A DNA stretch of 64,000 nucleotides from a virus (IMGVR_UViG_3300025011_000016); one strand, 5' to 3'. Positions 1-10,676 are shown, numbered from the stretch's first letter. Translations and numbers: made by a program. Notes: generated by a model not told the origin, from the letters alone.

Positions 1-1422
1 TTAGCCTATGAAGCGTTCTTAACTAATAATGTAACATTTATAGACTTAGATGATTGCATGAATTTCATGGAGAATATTATTCATGAGAAGAAAGTTTTAG
101 ATGATAGATTCCTACCTAATATATCAGTAGAGTTATTAATAAAGAGATTAAAATCAAATTTCCAGGATTATAAAGATTCATATGAGGATATACTATTCTG
201 TTATATATTAAACCTAAATCAGAGAGATATTAATAGAATATATTTTAAGAATAACTTATATGAATTTTCTAGTCTAAGAAAGATAAATAATATGTTAACT
301 TCAGTTATGTTAAAAGTGGATGAGTTTAAAAATCCAAGTAAAGTACCAGATATTATTAAATCTGATTTAAAAGAACTCTGGGATTATTATGGGCAATTTG
401 TTTTTTACAACCATTTTGCTTTTGATAGAATTCAAAGATTGAAGAACGATGTTCGTAAGAGTGTACTAGTTATAGACACCGACTCAAATTTCATTCATTT
501 AAATCCATGGTTTATTGCAATACAGAGTAATATTGTTATGAATAATACTAAATTATTTAATAAAGATCCCGATCAAATGAAATTTATTATTATCAATATA
601 ATGTGTTATTTTATGACAGAAATGATAACTTTAGTTTTAGCTAGGTATTGTAAATATTCACATGTGCCTAAAAAATACCGACCTAAAATTAATATGAAAA
701 ATGAGTTTTTCCAAATACGAGTTATCCTAGCACCTAAAAAAAAGCGCTACGTAACTAATATACGACTCCGTGAAGGAGTTGAGATATTTCCACCACGTAC
801 TGCTATTTCAGGACATGACTTTATGAAGTCTACTACAAGGGAAGCCACTAAAGTATTTTTTACTAATTTGGTTAAAACTAAAATGATAGATAGTCCAGAT
901 ATCAATATATCTGAAATATTAAGAGAGTTGGAAAGATTCGAGGATATTGTAAGAACATCTCTTATTAATGGTGAGAAAGACTTTCTATTGCCAAAGTCCG
1001 TTAAATCGTTTTCTGCATATAAATTCCCATTCAGGGAAACGGGTTTTAGGGCGGTTATAGCATTTAATTACATTTACCCGGATATGGAGATTCAGTTACC
1101 TGAGAAATTAGACATTGTTAAAGTAAAACTTGGCACACTGTCTGAATTAGAAAAACTAAAAGGGGTGAATGAAGATTATTATAATATTTTCTTAGAAAGG
1201 GTATTTAATAATCCGGAAAAAGCTATTTCAGAAAAAGGTGTACAGGCATTTGCTATCCCACGTTCATTTCCAAATATTCCAGATTGGTTGAGGGTGTTTA
1301 TTGATGTCGATACTATTGTGAATGATAATCTGTCAAGATTTACCAGTATTCTTGAGTCTCTTCAATTAGAAACTATTAAGACATCCAGATATGAGTATTT
1401 TTCTAATATTTTAAAGATTTAG
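1..1422 (+). CDS. polB: Family B DNA polymerase, C-terminal part (5'-partial; frame is open back to base 1)
   Basis: Palm motif VIDTDSNF and a KKKRY motif; no stop codon upstream of the ATG at 58. Confidence 0.85.
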   Translation, partial: LAYEAFLTNNVTFIDLDDCMNFMENIIHEKKVLDDRFLPNISVELLIKRLKSNFQDYKDSYEDILFCYILNLNQRDINRIYFKNNLYEFSSLRKINNMLTSVMLKVDEFKNPSKVPDIIKSDLKELWDYYGQFVFYNHFAFDRIQRLKNDVRKSVLVIDTDSNFIHLNPWFIAIQSNIVMNNTKLFNKDPDQMKFIIINIMCYFMTEMITLVLARYCKYSHVPKKYRPKINMKNEFFQIRVILAPKKKRYVTNIRLREGVEIFPPRTAISGHDFMKSTTREATKVFFTNLVKTKMIDSPDINISEILRELERFEDIVRTSLINGEKDFLLPKSVKSFSAYKFPFRETGFRAVIAFNYIYPDMEIQLPEKLDIVKVKLGTLSELEKLKGVNEDYYNIFLERVFNNPEKAISEKGVQAFAIPRSFPNIPDWLRVFIDVDTIVNDNLSRFTSILESLQLETIKTSRYEYFSNILKI

Positions 1423-1434
1423 GGGTGTATATAA

Positions 1435-2139
1435 ATGAGGCGTTTGGATATTAAACCTGGAGAAAAATTTGGATTATGGACAATAGTTGATTCTCCAATG
1501 TTAATAAACTATTTAAAGAGAACTTCATTTTTATGTGAATGTAGTTGTTCTGATAAAACTCGAAGATATGTTAGCTCTAATAGTTTAGTTCGAGGAATAT
1601 CTACCAATTGTGGATGTGTGCGAAAAGTTAGTATTTTAAAAAGTAACACTAAGCATGGTTTTAGCTACAATAGATTATATGGTATATTATATGGTATGAA
1701 GAGTCGTTGTTTAAAGACTTCAACCATATCATATAAAAATTATGGTGGTAGAGGAATTAAAATTTGTGATGAATGGTTAGATGAAAAGACTGGATTAAAA
1801 ACGTTTATTGAATGGGCTATGAGAAGCGGTTATCAATCTAATTTATCAATCGATCGAATCAATAATGATGGTAACTACGAGCCATCTAATTGTCGTTGGT
1901 CAACTTCGTCCGAGCAAAATAATAATACTAGAAGTAATGTGCACATAACGATTAATGGAGTAACGAAAACTATGGGTATGTGGGCGAAGCAATATGGTAT
2001 AAATAAGGGAACTTTTAGTGGGCGCTTACGTAAAGGATTCCCAAGTACTATGCTTTTGAAACCACCCGGATATTTCAAAGATAGGTATCTTATTAAAATT
2101 AATCTCCCATCGGATGTTATAATCCATGAACATGATTAA
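1435..2139 (+). CDS. Free-standing HNH homing endonuclease
   Basis: YGMKSRC..NYGGRGIKICDEW..SIDRINNDGNYEPSNCRW is the typical phage HNH signature; N-terminal CxCxC..CGC. Confidence 0.85.
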   Translation: MRRLDIKPGEKFGLWTIVDSPMLINYLKRTSFLCECSCSDKTRRYVSSNSLVRGISTNCGCVRKVSILKSNTKHGFSYNRLYGILYGMKSRCLKTSTISYKNYGGRGIKICDEWLDEKTGLKTFIEWAMRSGYQSNLSIDRINNDGNYEPSNCRWSTSSEQNNNTRSNVHITINGVTKTMGMWAKQYGINKGTFSGRLRKGFPSTMLLKPPGYFKDRYLIKINLPSDVIIHEHD

Positions 2140-2222
2140 AGCTTATCGTGTAACTAATATAATAAATCTAGAATTGAAAAAACTTTAGTAATATTCTTAA
2201 AATTTAGAGGAGGAAAAGAACA

Positions 2223-3236
2223 ATGGATTTTTCGATTATTGTGCCTGGGGATTGTGATGCAAAATGTGGTTTTTGTTTCTGGAAACAAACTGAGGCCTGT
2301 GACAATTATATTACTAAAGTTGAATCCATAATAAGTGAGTTACCTGATGGTCATCTAAGTTTAAAACTAACTGGTGGTGAACCGACTTTAAGTCCGTATT
2401 TAAAAGACTTACTGCAACTCATAAAGAAATATAAATCTAAATTCAAAGATGTAACTTTATTAACAAATGGATCTAACTTGTATGACGTTATTGATGATTT
2501 AGGAGATATAGTAGATCATGTCTCTATTAGTATTCATCATTTTAATACTTTTATCAATGAACGTATAATGAATAGACGTTATACTACAACAAATGGACTT
2601 TTAATGAATAGAAGGTATAGTACGGCGGGTGAGCTTTTAATAAGAACTAACTCAAAATTAAATAGTTTAGGAATTGATGTAACATTTACTGCTGTTCTTA
2701 TAGATCAGTTCAATGATCATGGGGATATACTTGAGTATATAGAATTTGGTAAATCTCATGGGGCATCATCTATCTGCTTTAAGAAGATTAAAACAACTGA
2801 AATGACACTCGACCCAACAACAGAAGAGAACCTATTCAATAATACCAAACCGATATATATTAAGTCAGATACAGTATCTAGAGTTAAAATCCAACTTATA
2901 AATGGTATGAAAGTTATATGGAAAACTAGTTTACTAGAACCATCTAATTCATTTGATTGGTTTATTTATGAGCTAATATTACATCCAAATGGTCATTTAA
3001 CACGTGATTGGGAAAGTAAGAGGGATTTTGATATAATCAAAAGTGAAATGGCGCATATTAGCAGTAGTGTATTAACTAGGGCTGAATTTAATCAGGTATT
3101 CCGAGTTAGTACATGTAAACAATGTGGTGATGTATTGGAGGTACTCGATGGAACTATAAAAACCAATCATGTTCTCAAATGTAATAGATGTAATATAGTC
3201 TATAATCGTGAATTTTATCCGCCTGTGGTGTATTAA
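2223..3236 (+). CDS. Radical SAM protein with a C-terminal Zn ribbon
   Basis: CDAKCGFC (CxxxCxxC), TGGEPT, LTNG; C-terminal CKQC...CNRC. Confidence 0.85.
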   Translation: MDFSIIVPGDCDAKCGFCFWKQTEACDNYITKVESIISELPDGHLSLKLTGGEPTLSPYLKDLLQLIKKYKSKFKDVTLLTNGSNLYDVIDDLGDIVDHVSISIHHFNTFINERIMNRRYTTTNGLLMNRRYSTAGELLIRTNSKLNSLGIDVTFTAVLIDQFNDHGDILEYIEFGKSHGASSICFKKIKTTEMTLDPTTEENLFNNTKPIYIKSDTVSRVKIQLINGMKVIWKTSLLEPSNSFDWFIYELILHPNGHLTRDWESKRDFDIIKSEMAHISSSVLTRAEFNQVFRVSTCKQCGDVLEVLDGTIKTNHVLKCNRCNIVYNREFYPPVVY

Positions 3237-3237
3237 T

Positions 3238-3420
3238 ATGAGAATTATCGTTACTGAAAAAGGAAGTATTGATCGGTTTGAAATAACTAATCTTAATTGG
3301 TTTGCTGAAAAATATGTTAGTTCTTTTGATAATATGCTTTACTCATTTGAGTTTATTCTAGATGATAAAGATAAAATTATTAGAGATGATATAAATATAC
3401 GTCCAATGGCAGAATTATAA
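3238..3420 (+). CDS. Small hypothetical protein
   Basis: ORF starting just after the radical SAM stop (MRIIV...). Confidence 0.5.
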   Translation: MRIIVTEKGSIDRFEITNLNWFAEKYVSSFDNMLYSFEFILDDKDKIIRDDINIRPMAEL

Positions 3421-3442
3421 AATTTAAAGGAGTTGTTAAATT

Positions 3443-3748
3443 GTGAGATATTTATTAGTAAATCAACATAGAGCATGGGAAAGGTACGACGAGCAAATAT
3501 TTGAAACAACAGATATTGAAATAATAGCTGATAAATTTATTAATAAACATAGGCCGTATGCTATAATTATGGATGGTCCTTGTTTATCAATCTATATATG
3601 TGAAGGTAATAATATTTTAAATAAGATCTCAATATCCGGTTATCATCCTGTAACAAAAGAAATAGTTGTATCTATATTAAAGGAATCGTCCTTTATTGAT
3701 CGAAGATCTGAATTTGGTACAACTGAAAATATACGAATGAGAGAATAA
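3443..3748 (+). CDS. Hypothetical protein
   Basis: GTG start with AAGGAG RBS, 101 aa. Confidence 0.6.
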   Translation: MRYLLVNQHRAWERYDEQIFETTDIEIIADKFINKHRPYAIIMDGPCLSIYICEGNNILNKISISGYHPVTKEIVVSILKESSFIDRRSEFGTTENIRMRE

Positions 3749-3829
3749 TTCCATCAGTTCGTATTATATTTTATTAGACCACGAACTTTATATTAAGATA
3801 ATGAGTTAATTAATAGGAGGTAAAAACAA

Positions 3830-4642
3830 ATGGCGTTTAATACAAATAATGGTCAGAACAATTCACGTGAAGCTGCTAATGTTAACACTAAAGGACTTTC
3901 ATTCTTTAACAAAGATGGATACGATGGTGGAGCCGCATTCTTAATCGGGTATTGGAATGGTCTAATCTCATTGAGGATGCATCCTGCCCTAGAATTGAGC
4001 AAGCAAACTGAAACAAGAAAATTTGATTATGAGAAGGTAGTATCTACCGCGTTGACTCCTGAAAAAGCTTTTATTCTTGCTACAAAAATCGAAAAAGAAA
4101 TTCTTCCGGCTATTGAAAAAGATGAGGCTCATTCCGTTGGTATTCCAGTTGGAAGTGATTCATTGTTGATCGTTTCAACCGGTAAAAAATTAATAGGATC
4201 AATTGCGCCATATATTGCAATTCATAAGTCTCTTGATCCTAAAACCAAACTACCTTCTATGAGTATGTATTATTCATTTAACTCAGACATAAGCATTGAC
4301 AACTACGATGAAACTACCGGCGCATTTGAAATGGGACCTAGTCTCAATGCCGAGCTAATGGTATTCCTTAATGTCTTAAAGACATCCATTATCGGACTCG
4401 GAAACTCAACAGTCCACGCATCACGTTGTGTAGACAAATACTTTAAAGACAAATTAAACAGTGACATCGGTGAAATTGCTGGTAAACTTGGTATAACCAT
4501 TACCGGCCCACAAAAGAATTCATATGGTCGTGGAGATATTTTCTCTAATGGTGGAAGACAGGAGAATTCATCTCGAACTGAACCTCAGACTAATGTTGAA
4601 AATCTGAGTAATATTGATGATATTGAGAAGTTTCTAAACTAG
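3830..4642 (+). CDS. Conserved jumbo-phage protein, possibly ssDNA-binding
   Basis: AGGAGG RBS; beta-rich core, low-complexity linker and acidic tail (NIDDIEKFLN) as in SSBs; function inferred only. Confidence 0.4.
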   Translation: MAFNTNNGQNNSREAANVNTKGLSFFNKDGYDGGAAFLIGYWNGLISLRMHPALELSKQTETRKFDYEKVVSTALTPEKAFILATKIEKEILPAIEKDEAHSVGIPVGSDSLLIVSTGKKLIGSIAPYIAIHKSLDPKTKLPSMSMYYSFNSDISIDNYDETTGAFEMGPSLNAELMVFLNVLKTSIIGLGNSTVHASRCVDKYFKDKLNSDIGEIAGKLGITITGPQKNSYGRGDIFSNGGRQENSSRTEPQTNVENLSNIDDIEKFLN

Positions 4643-4643
4643 A

Positions 4644-4784
4644 ATGGGATTTCTTGGTTTTGAATCTAAACGTGAAAAAAATCTTAGGTTACAATTATTA
4701 GATGCTCAAAATGAAATTGGTAGATTAAAAGCCGAGAAGGAAGGTATTCCATTTTTCGGCACAAAATATTCTGATTCTGAGTAA
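4644..4784 (+). CDS. Possible 46-aa protein (MGFLGFESKR...)
   Basis: Short ORF directly after the preceding stop; weak RBS. Confidence 0.35.
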   Translation: MGFLGFESKREKNLRLQLLDAQNEIGRLKAEKEGIPFFGTKYSDSE

Positions 4785-4837
4785 AATTATGTGTTAATAC
4801 GAGACTTATAAATAGTGGCGATAACCAAGCCTGTTAA

Positions 4838-4968
4838 TAATATTTATAAGTTGTAAAAAATCTTTATCGACTAACGTAAATAAAGATTTTCGCCGTTGGT
4901 CGGACGGTTTAAAGAACCTTAAACGGTTAAGTTATTATGGTATCTAACTAATACTACTAACACGACAG
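4838..4968 (+). ncRNA. Orphan TnpB omegaRNA scaffold / element right end without tnpB
   Basis: Near-identical to the 3' ends of both tnpB elements (13519-13649 and 49444-49574, approx.), ending in the same CTAACACGACAG. Confidence 0.8.
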
Positions 4969-5094
4969 GACGATAGAATTAAAATATCCGCCGATGATAT
5001 AAGAAGAAGAGTAAATTCATCTAGATAAAATTAATAATGGGCTATAAAATAATATAGCCCATTATTTTTTTACTGTTACTAAGGAGGTTATTAT

Positions 5095-5793
5095 TTGTCA
5101 AATGAATTTACAACAAAAGATGAAATTATCTTTATAACATATGATGATGTCATTAAGAGTCGCAATCCATTTATTCTTAATCAAATATTACAAAAGTATA
5201 AATCATATTATAATGATTTCTTAGATTTATCCCAGATAGAGAATTTGAATAAGAAACAACTTGATTTATTTTGTCTTAAACGTCAACATAAAAATATATT
5301 TCATACACTTGCAAAAAAGGAATTTGATTGTAATACGGCTATGAAAGAAATTAGTGATAAATATTATGATATGTTTATTGAATCTGAATTATTGACTATA
5401 GGTAAATCATTGAGCTTTATTCTACATCAAAAATTTACTAAGAAGATATATATTCATAGTCAAGAATATGATAAGAAAATCCACTTAGACATTCAGATGA
5501 ACTATAACGATATGGACAAAGTTAATTATGTCACGGGCAACTTAATTAATGTTATTAATACTATCGATGGTATTACCTCATATATACTTGCTGATATTAT
5601 GGATGTATCAGCTTTATTGGCTACTGATAAGATAGCTTATACTAATATTCTAGTTGCTAACTATGGATACAATTTTACGTATATTGATAATAAGTTAAAT
5701 CTTCGAATGAATTTAGATGACGCTATAAAAGAGAGAATATTTAAATTTGCTACATTCATGCCAATTGATATTGTAAAAAGTGATTTTAAATAA
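5095..5793 (+). CDS. Hypothetical protein (possible degenerate HAD-like fold)
   Basis: TTG start with AAGGAGG; N-terminal IIFITYDDVI resembles HAD motif I but lacks the canonical DxD. Confidence 0.55.
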   Translation: MSNEFTTKDEIIFITYDDVIKSRNPFILNQILQKYKSYYNDFLDLSQIENLNKKQLDLFCLKRQHKNIFHTLAKKEFDCNTAMKEISDKYYDMFIESELLTIGKSLSFILHQKFTKKIYIHSQEYDKKIHLDIQMNYNDMDKVNYVTGNLINVINTIDGITSYILADIMDVSALLATDKIAYTNILVANYGYNFTYIDNKLNLRMNLDDAIKERIFKFATFMPIDIVKSDFK

Positions 5794-5867
5794 ACTTAAA
5801 ATATTATAAAATACTACGGGTAAAACAATGTCTTAATGAATCTAACGAAATAATAGGAGGTAAACTA

Positions 5868-7679
5868 ATGGATTATTGTACTGACGGTTGTGGTTATACT
5901 GGTGAGAGTTATAAACGGAGGATTATAAATGGAGAGAACATCTTGAGTAATGAAGTAGTAATGGGCGGTGGTGAATATATTCCACTCGGGTTTCGAGGCA
6001 TACCTGAAGTTAAAAAAAATACAGAGTATCAATGGAATATATTGAGTGAGGACGAGTTTAAACAGCGAATACTCAATGTATTTAGTCAAGTATCATCGGC
6101 TTTAGTGAAAACTCTTGGTCCCTATGGATCTACGACTTTGATCGAACGTTTTGGTGAAATGTGTATCACAAAAGACGGCTGGTCGGTATTGAAGAAGATC
6201 CATTTCACTGAAGAAATTAATAATCATATCTTACAATTGTTATTTAATATAAGCTCGCAAATTATATTAAAAATCGGTGATGGAAGTACATCTTCGATCG
6301 TAGCAGCCGATTCAATTTTCAATAATCTTAGTAAATGTGAGGAATTAAAAACTATTAGATCCAAAGATTTAATGGATGTTGTAAAACATTGTGTTGAGCT
6401 AATAACGGGTATCATCTTAATTAATTCTACTAAGATAGATCCTATTAAAGATCCTGAATTTTCTGATATCTATAAACTTGCTATAATTTCAACGAATGGA
6501 AATAAAGAGGTTTCAGAAATGATACGCTTTATTTATGCCGATACGGGAAATTCCAGTATCGAATTTAATAAATCCAGAACGGGTAAAACTAACTTCGAGA
6601 TAGTTAACGGTTACAAATGCATGATAAATTATATGGACCCGATATTTATTACTAATGATGCGGGTACATGTGATATTACCAAACCGATGATGTTAATGTT
6701 CAATCATAAGATTGAAATGATTCATTATGAGAAAATAATACAACCTCTTATACAAGAGGCTCTTAATTCCGATAGAAGAATTGTTGTGATAGCTCCATAT
6801 TATGATAATCAATTGTTAAATCTAATCCGTCGTAATAGTAATATAGAATTTAGAGCAACTCAAAAATGTACAGTTGTGTATACAAAAGTGGCGTTAATAA
6901 GTGATATGCATAATGAATATTTTAATGATTTCTGTATGATGACCGGAGCTATGATGATTAATGAATCTGCGGCTGAGGATATAATTGAAGGTAAAATTAA
7001 TCTTGAAGAATATGTTGGAGAAGTTGGTAAGATTTCAATCGGCGATAAAACCAGCTTAATAAAAGATTGTTTTAAGATGAATACTGACGAACATCAAAGA
7101 TATATGAATGATGCTGTCTCTAAATATAAACGAGTTGAAGAAACTCACAGTCAACTCGGAGTAGTTAATTCGGAACTATATGATCTCAAACAACGAATTT
7201 CTAAATTACGTGGAAAAATGGGAATAATATCCGTCGGTGGTTATTCCACACTTGAAAAGGATAGTAACTTCGACCTTGTTGAAGATGCGGTTAAATCTTG
7301 TGAATCTGCATATAATTATGGATTCAATATTGGTGGGAATTTGGCGATCCCTATTACTATACAAAAACTATTATGTAATGATTTCGGTATACCTGAACTT
7401 GATAAAATCGTTTTGAGATTATTTGATACTGCTTTCAAAGAAGTATTCTTTAAAGTATTAAAGAATAAATATACTCATGAATCTGATGTATATATTAATA
7501 GTTTAGTAAACGAAGCAATTGATCGGAGACAATGTTGGGATTTGATTAACGAGAAATTCTCCGATGATGTCATCAATTCATGCCATACTGATATTGAGAT
7601 ATTAAAAGCATCAACATCTATAATCTCTTTGCTGATATCTAGTAATCAATATATATCTATTCCACAACCAACTGAATAA
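5868..7679 (+). CDS. groEL: Phage GroEL-like chaperonin
   Basis: KTLGPYG, ITKDGWSVLK, GDGSTSS, EDAVKS..A..GGN motifs. Confidence 0.9.
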   Translation: MDYCTDGCGYTGESYKRRIINGENILSNEVVMGGGEYIPLGFRGIPEVKKNTEYQWNILSEDEFKQRILNVFSQVSSALVKTLGPYGSTTLIERFGEMCITKDGWSVLKKIHFTEEINNHILQLLFNISSQIILKIGDGSTSSIVAADSIFNNLSKCEELKTIRSKDLMDVVKHCVELITGIILINSTKIDPIKDPEFSDIYKLAIISTNGNKEVSEMIRFIYADTGNSSIEFNKSRTGKTNFEIVNGYKCMINYMDPIFITNDAGTCDITKPMMLMFNHKIEMIHYEKIIQPLIQEALNSDRRIVVIAPYYDNQLLNLIRRNSNIEFRATQKCTVVYTKVALISDMHNEYFNDFCMMTGAMMINESAAEDIIEGKINLEEYVGEVGKISIGDKTSLIKDCFKMNTDEHQRYMNDAVSKYKRVEETHSQLGVVNSELYDLKQRISKLRGKMGIISVGGYSTLEKDSNFDLVEDAVKSCESAYNYGFNIGGNLAIPITIQKLLCNDFGIPELDKIVLRLFDTAFKEVFFKVLKNKYTHESDVYINSLVNEAIDRRQCWDLINEKFSDDVINSCHTDIEILKASTSIISLLISSNQYISIPQPTE

Positions 7680-7745
7680 TTAACAATTTGGAGATATGAT
7701 TTTGTCATATCTCCAATTATTTACTTTTAAAGGAGGAAATTAATT

Positions 7746-8501
7746 ATGTATATGGCGCAAAATCTTAAAGCCTTTATTAAAAATCCAGCAGGCCCTGGAA
7801 GTACTGCACAAGGTAACATACAAATTATACGAGATGATCTAAATAGAAGATTTCTTAAATTAGTGAAAGAGAAACCTATAACTCTTGATGTGTACAGAGA
7901 CAAAGATGAATATTATTTCCATTTTAAAATACCTAGTGAAACCGAACGAACTAATACATATGATGTGGTACTACATTTCACTATGGGTGAAGATGATTTC
8001 AAATACGACAATTTCATTAATAATTACTATATGATCTTCTTTTCCAATAGTCCTAATTTCGTATATACATTTGCATATACTTATAATGAATATGGTTTAC
8101 TTATTCCTCATTTGGCTAATAAATATAAAGATATCGTTTTAGATCAGAATCCTCTTGTTCGTAACCCCGGCGAAGTCGTTAACTACGATAAATCGATATA
8201 TTTCGCTTGTCATTATATAGAGGAAAATAGAAAATACCTAAATAAAATGCATCTTAATTCTATAGCTAAACCTTTTGACGTTAAGAAGTTTAATGAATTA
8301 ATTAGACCTACGGATAGAATCGACATTGATATAAAGAAAGAGGATAAGCGTCTTAGGGATGAAAAAAGAAAAATTAAAGAAGATGCACTTAAAAAACCTA
8401 AGAAGGTAATTGAAAGAGTTTCTGATACTGTAAAGAGAATAGTACCTCTTAAGAAGATAGTTGCGCGTAAGTCATCTAAACCTAAAATAAAATCTAAATG
8501 A
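7746..8501 (+). CDS. Conserved hypothetical protein with basic C-terminus
   Basis: AAGGAGG RBS, 251 aa, lies between the chaperonin and the gp226-like gene. Confidence 0.7.
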   Translation: MYMAQNLKAFIKNPAGPGSTAQGNIQIIRDDLNRRFLKLVKEKPITLDVYRDKDEYYFHFKIPSETERTNTYDVVLHFTMGEDDFKYDNFINNYYMIFFSNSPNFVYTFAYTYNEYGLLIPHLANKYKDIVLDQNPLVRNPGEVVNYDKSIYFACHYIEENRKYLNKMHLNSIAKPFDVKKFNELIRPTDRIDIDIKKEDKRLRDEKRKIKEDALKKPKKVIERVSDTVKRIVPLKKIVARKSSKPKIKSK

Positions 8502-8540
8502 ATTTATATATTATTACTTTAAGAAAACATAAAAGGAGTT

Positions 8541-10630
8541 GTGTTAATGTCAAATGATGATATACGTTCAGTTATATTAGTTGATGAATGGGAACCTGAA
8601 GAAAGGGATGTGATTATCCGACATGATGGAAAACTAGTAATAATACCATTTGACAAAATATTTAACAAGGATAATATAACAAGTTTAAATACTTTTGTTA
8701 TTAAAAAAGAATCATATGTGAAACGTTTGGATCATGTACTGAATAAAGATGGCACTATATCTAAAGGTATATGTCATTATCTAAATTATTTCATTAAGTA
8801 TTATGATTTAGATAATGAGTTATTATTGTCATATATAAAACTCAAATACATTATTGACAATAAGAAAAAGTCTATTAAGTTAATATCTTTCATCAAGATG
8901 TTGTATTCTATTCTGTTTACAGAATCATTAAAGAATAAAATACGACACTTAGTAGAAGACAATTACCATGTTGATGTTACTTCACATAATGGTATTAAAT
9001 ATACCAAATCAATGGAATTTACAAATGAACATGCAAAACTATTAATGATGATCTCAATGAGTATGAAGATAATGGTTCCTATCATATTTCATTTTATCAA
9101 TTCGTCATCTATGTTAAAGGAACCGAATTATATCTTTCAATTTTATGAACGATTGTTCTATATGTATAAATATGATGAAGAGGTTGATATCTATAATAAA
9201 CTATGGGTATCTACATTGGCTAAAGTTAATGTGAATGCTACAAAACATCGAGTTATATGGGACCAGCGAGAAATATTTGGAACAGATCCGTTAATAGAGC
9301 TTGATAAACTATTAAAGGAGAAGATAATTTCTGAAACTATGTTCAAATATACATTTGATAAAAACATTATCAGTTTTAACAGTGTGGTAAAATAATCTAA
9401 TGCCACCTTTTCTTTAACTGACGGGAAGTTCCTTATAGCTTAAACTACTTAATCGTAATAATGTTTAAGATTGGATAATCCGCAGCCAAGATTCTTATAT
9501 AAGAATAAGGTTCAACGACTAGAGTGTGACTCGTAGATCTATAGTTTAGATTGAAATAAGAAAACTCATCTTAATTAAGATGAGAAGATATAGTCTTATA
9601 TCCTATATAACTATAGGGAAGTTCATAAGAGAACTGCATAGATTAACAACCTATGTGAACACGATGCTTAGAAAAACAGCTTGGTTACTTCATACGAGAA
9701 CCTTATGAATTCTCATTAATTGAGTTAAACAATAAAAAAGATCTCGACGGTTTTTTATAGAAGCCGGTTTTCTCTTAACTGACGGGAACTTCCTTATAGC
9801 TTAAACTACTATAAGTAATAATGTTTAAGATTGGACAATCCGCAACCAAGATTCTTAATACAAGAATAAGGTTCAACGACTAGAGTGTGACTCGTAGATT
9901 TATAACTAAATCGAAGTGGAGAAACTTCATAATATTATGAAGAAGATATAGTCTATTATCCTAAAGTAATTTAGGGAAGTTCATAAGAGAACTGTATAGA
10001 GTTATAATCTATATGAATATAAAGTTATCAGGATTAGATAAGCTTGAGATTAACAGTAATAAGATTGATGAATCTTTAATTATATTATCTGGGATTAATA
10101 TAAAGAAAACTATTAAGAGAATTAAGAATAAAATGAAAGTTAAGATCAGTGAAGATGAATTAGAATATTATAAGATCAATCATCACATTAATAAATTTCA
10201 TGTTAGTCTCATATTCTTTTTCTATGCTAGACATTTTGGTAATTATCGAGATCTTAATCTATTAACCCGAAGACAATATTTAACCTTACTAATACTTCTT
10301 AAACGTAAATTACAAATCCAAGGAAATACTTACTTACCCCAGGTTTTAACAAGTAACATTGAAGGTAAATTAAATACTCGTACAATTCAAAATACTAAAT
10401 TCTTAATGAAGATTGAAAATTCTTCTATATATCAATCATTAATGCAAGATAAATTTTCAACTTTAGAAGAATTAAAGAAATCTAATCTAATACTTAATCT
10501 ATTATCAACTATTCTTAATACAACATTTACATGTGTTGATTATGATAATCGAGACAAGTTGGGTACTACATTGGATATTAACTCTGATATGATATCCGAT
10601 GAGTTTCTTAATTTCTTGAATCAATTATAA
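8541..10630 (+). CDS. Putative non-virion RNAP promoter-specificity subunit (AR9 gp226/phiKZ gp68-like); spliced, exons 8541-9388, 9667-9751, 10025-10630 (about 512 aa)
   Basis: Removing two introns gives one continuous frame ...NSVV-LEKQLGYF...KKDLDG-LSGLDKLE...; size and position two genes after the chaperonin match AR9 gp228-gp226 synteny as recalled. Confidence 0.65.
9389..9666 (+). ncRNA. Group I intron (ORF-less)
   Basis: P1 GUGGU/GCCAC with U.G at the 5' splice site; core elements GACGGGAA, AATCCGCAGCC, GTTCAACGACTAGA, AAGATATAGTC; terminal G; P10 UUAGA/UCUAA. Confidence 0.9.
9752..10024 (+). ncRNA. Group I intron (ORF-less)
   Basis: P1 CGGU/GCCG; same core elements as the 9389 intron; terminal G; restores the frame DG-LSG. 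Confidence 0.9.
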
Positions 10631-10638
10631 CAAATCAT

Positions 10639-10676
10639 TAATAGTAGTGAATCTTTTCGATTCACTACTATTAATA
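10639..10676 (+). terminator. Long inverted repeat (terminator-like hairpin)
   Basis: TAATAGTAGTGAATC-TTTTC-GATTCACTACTATTA. Confidence 0.55.
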
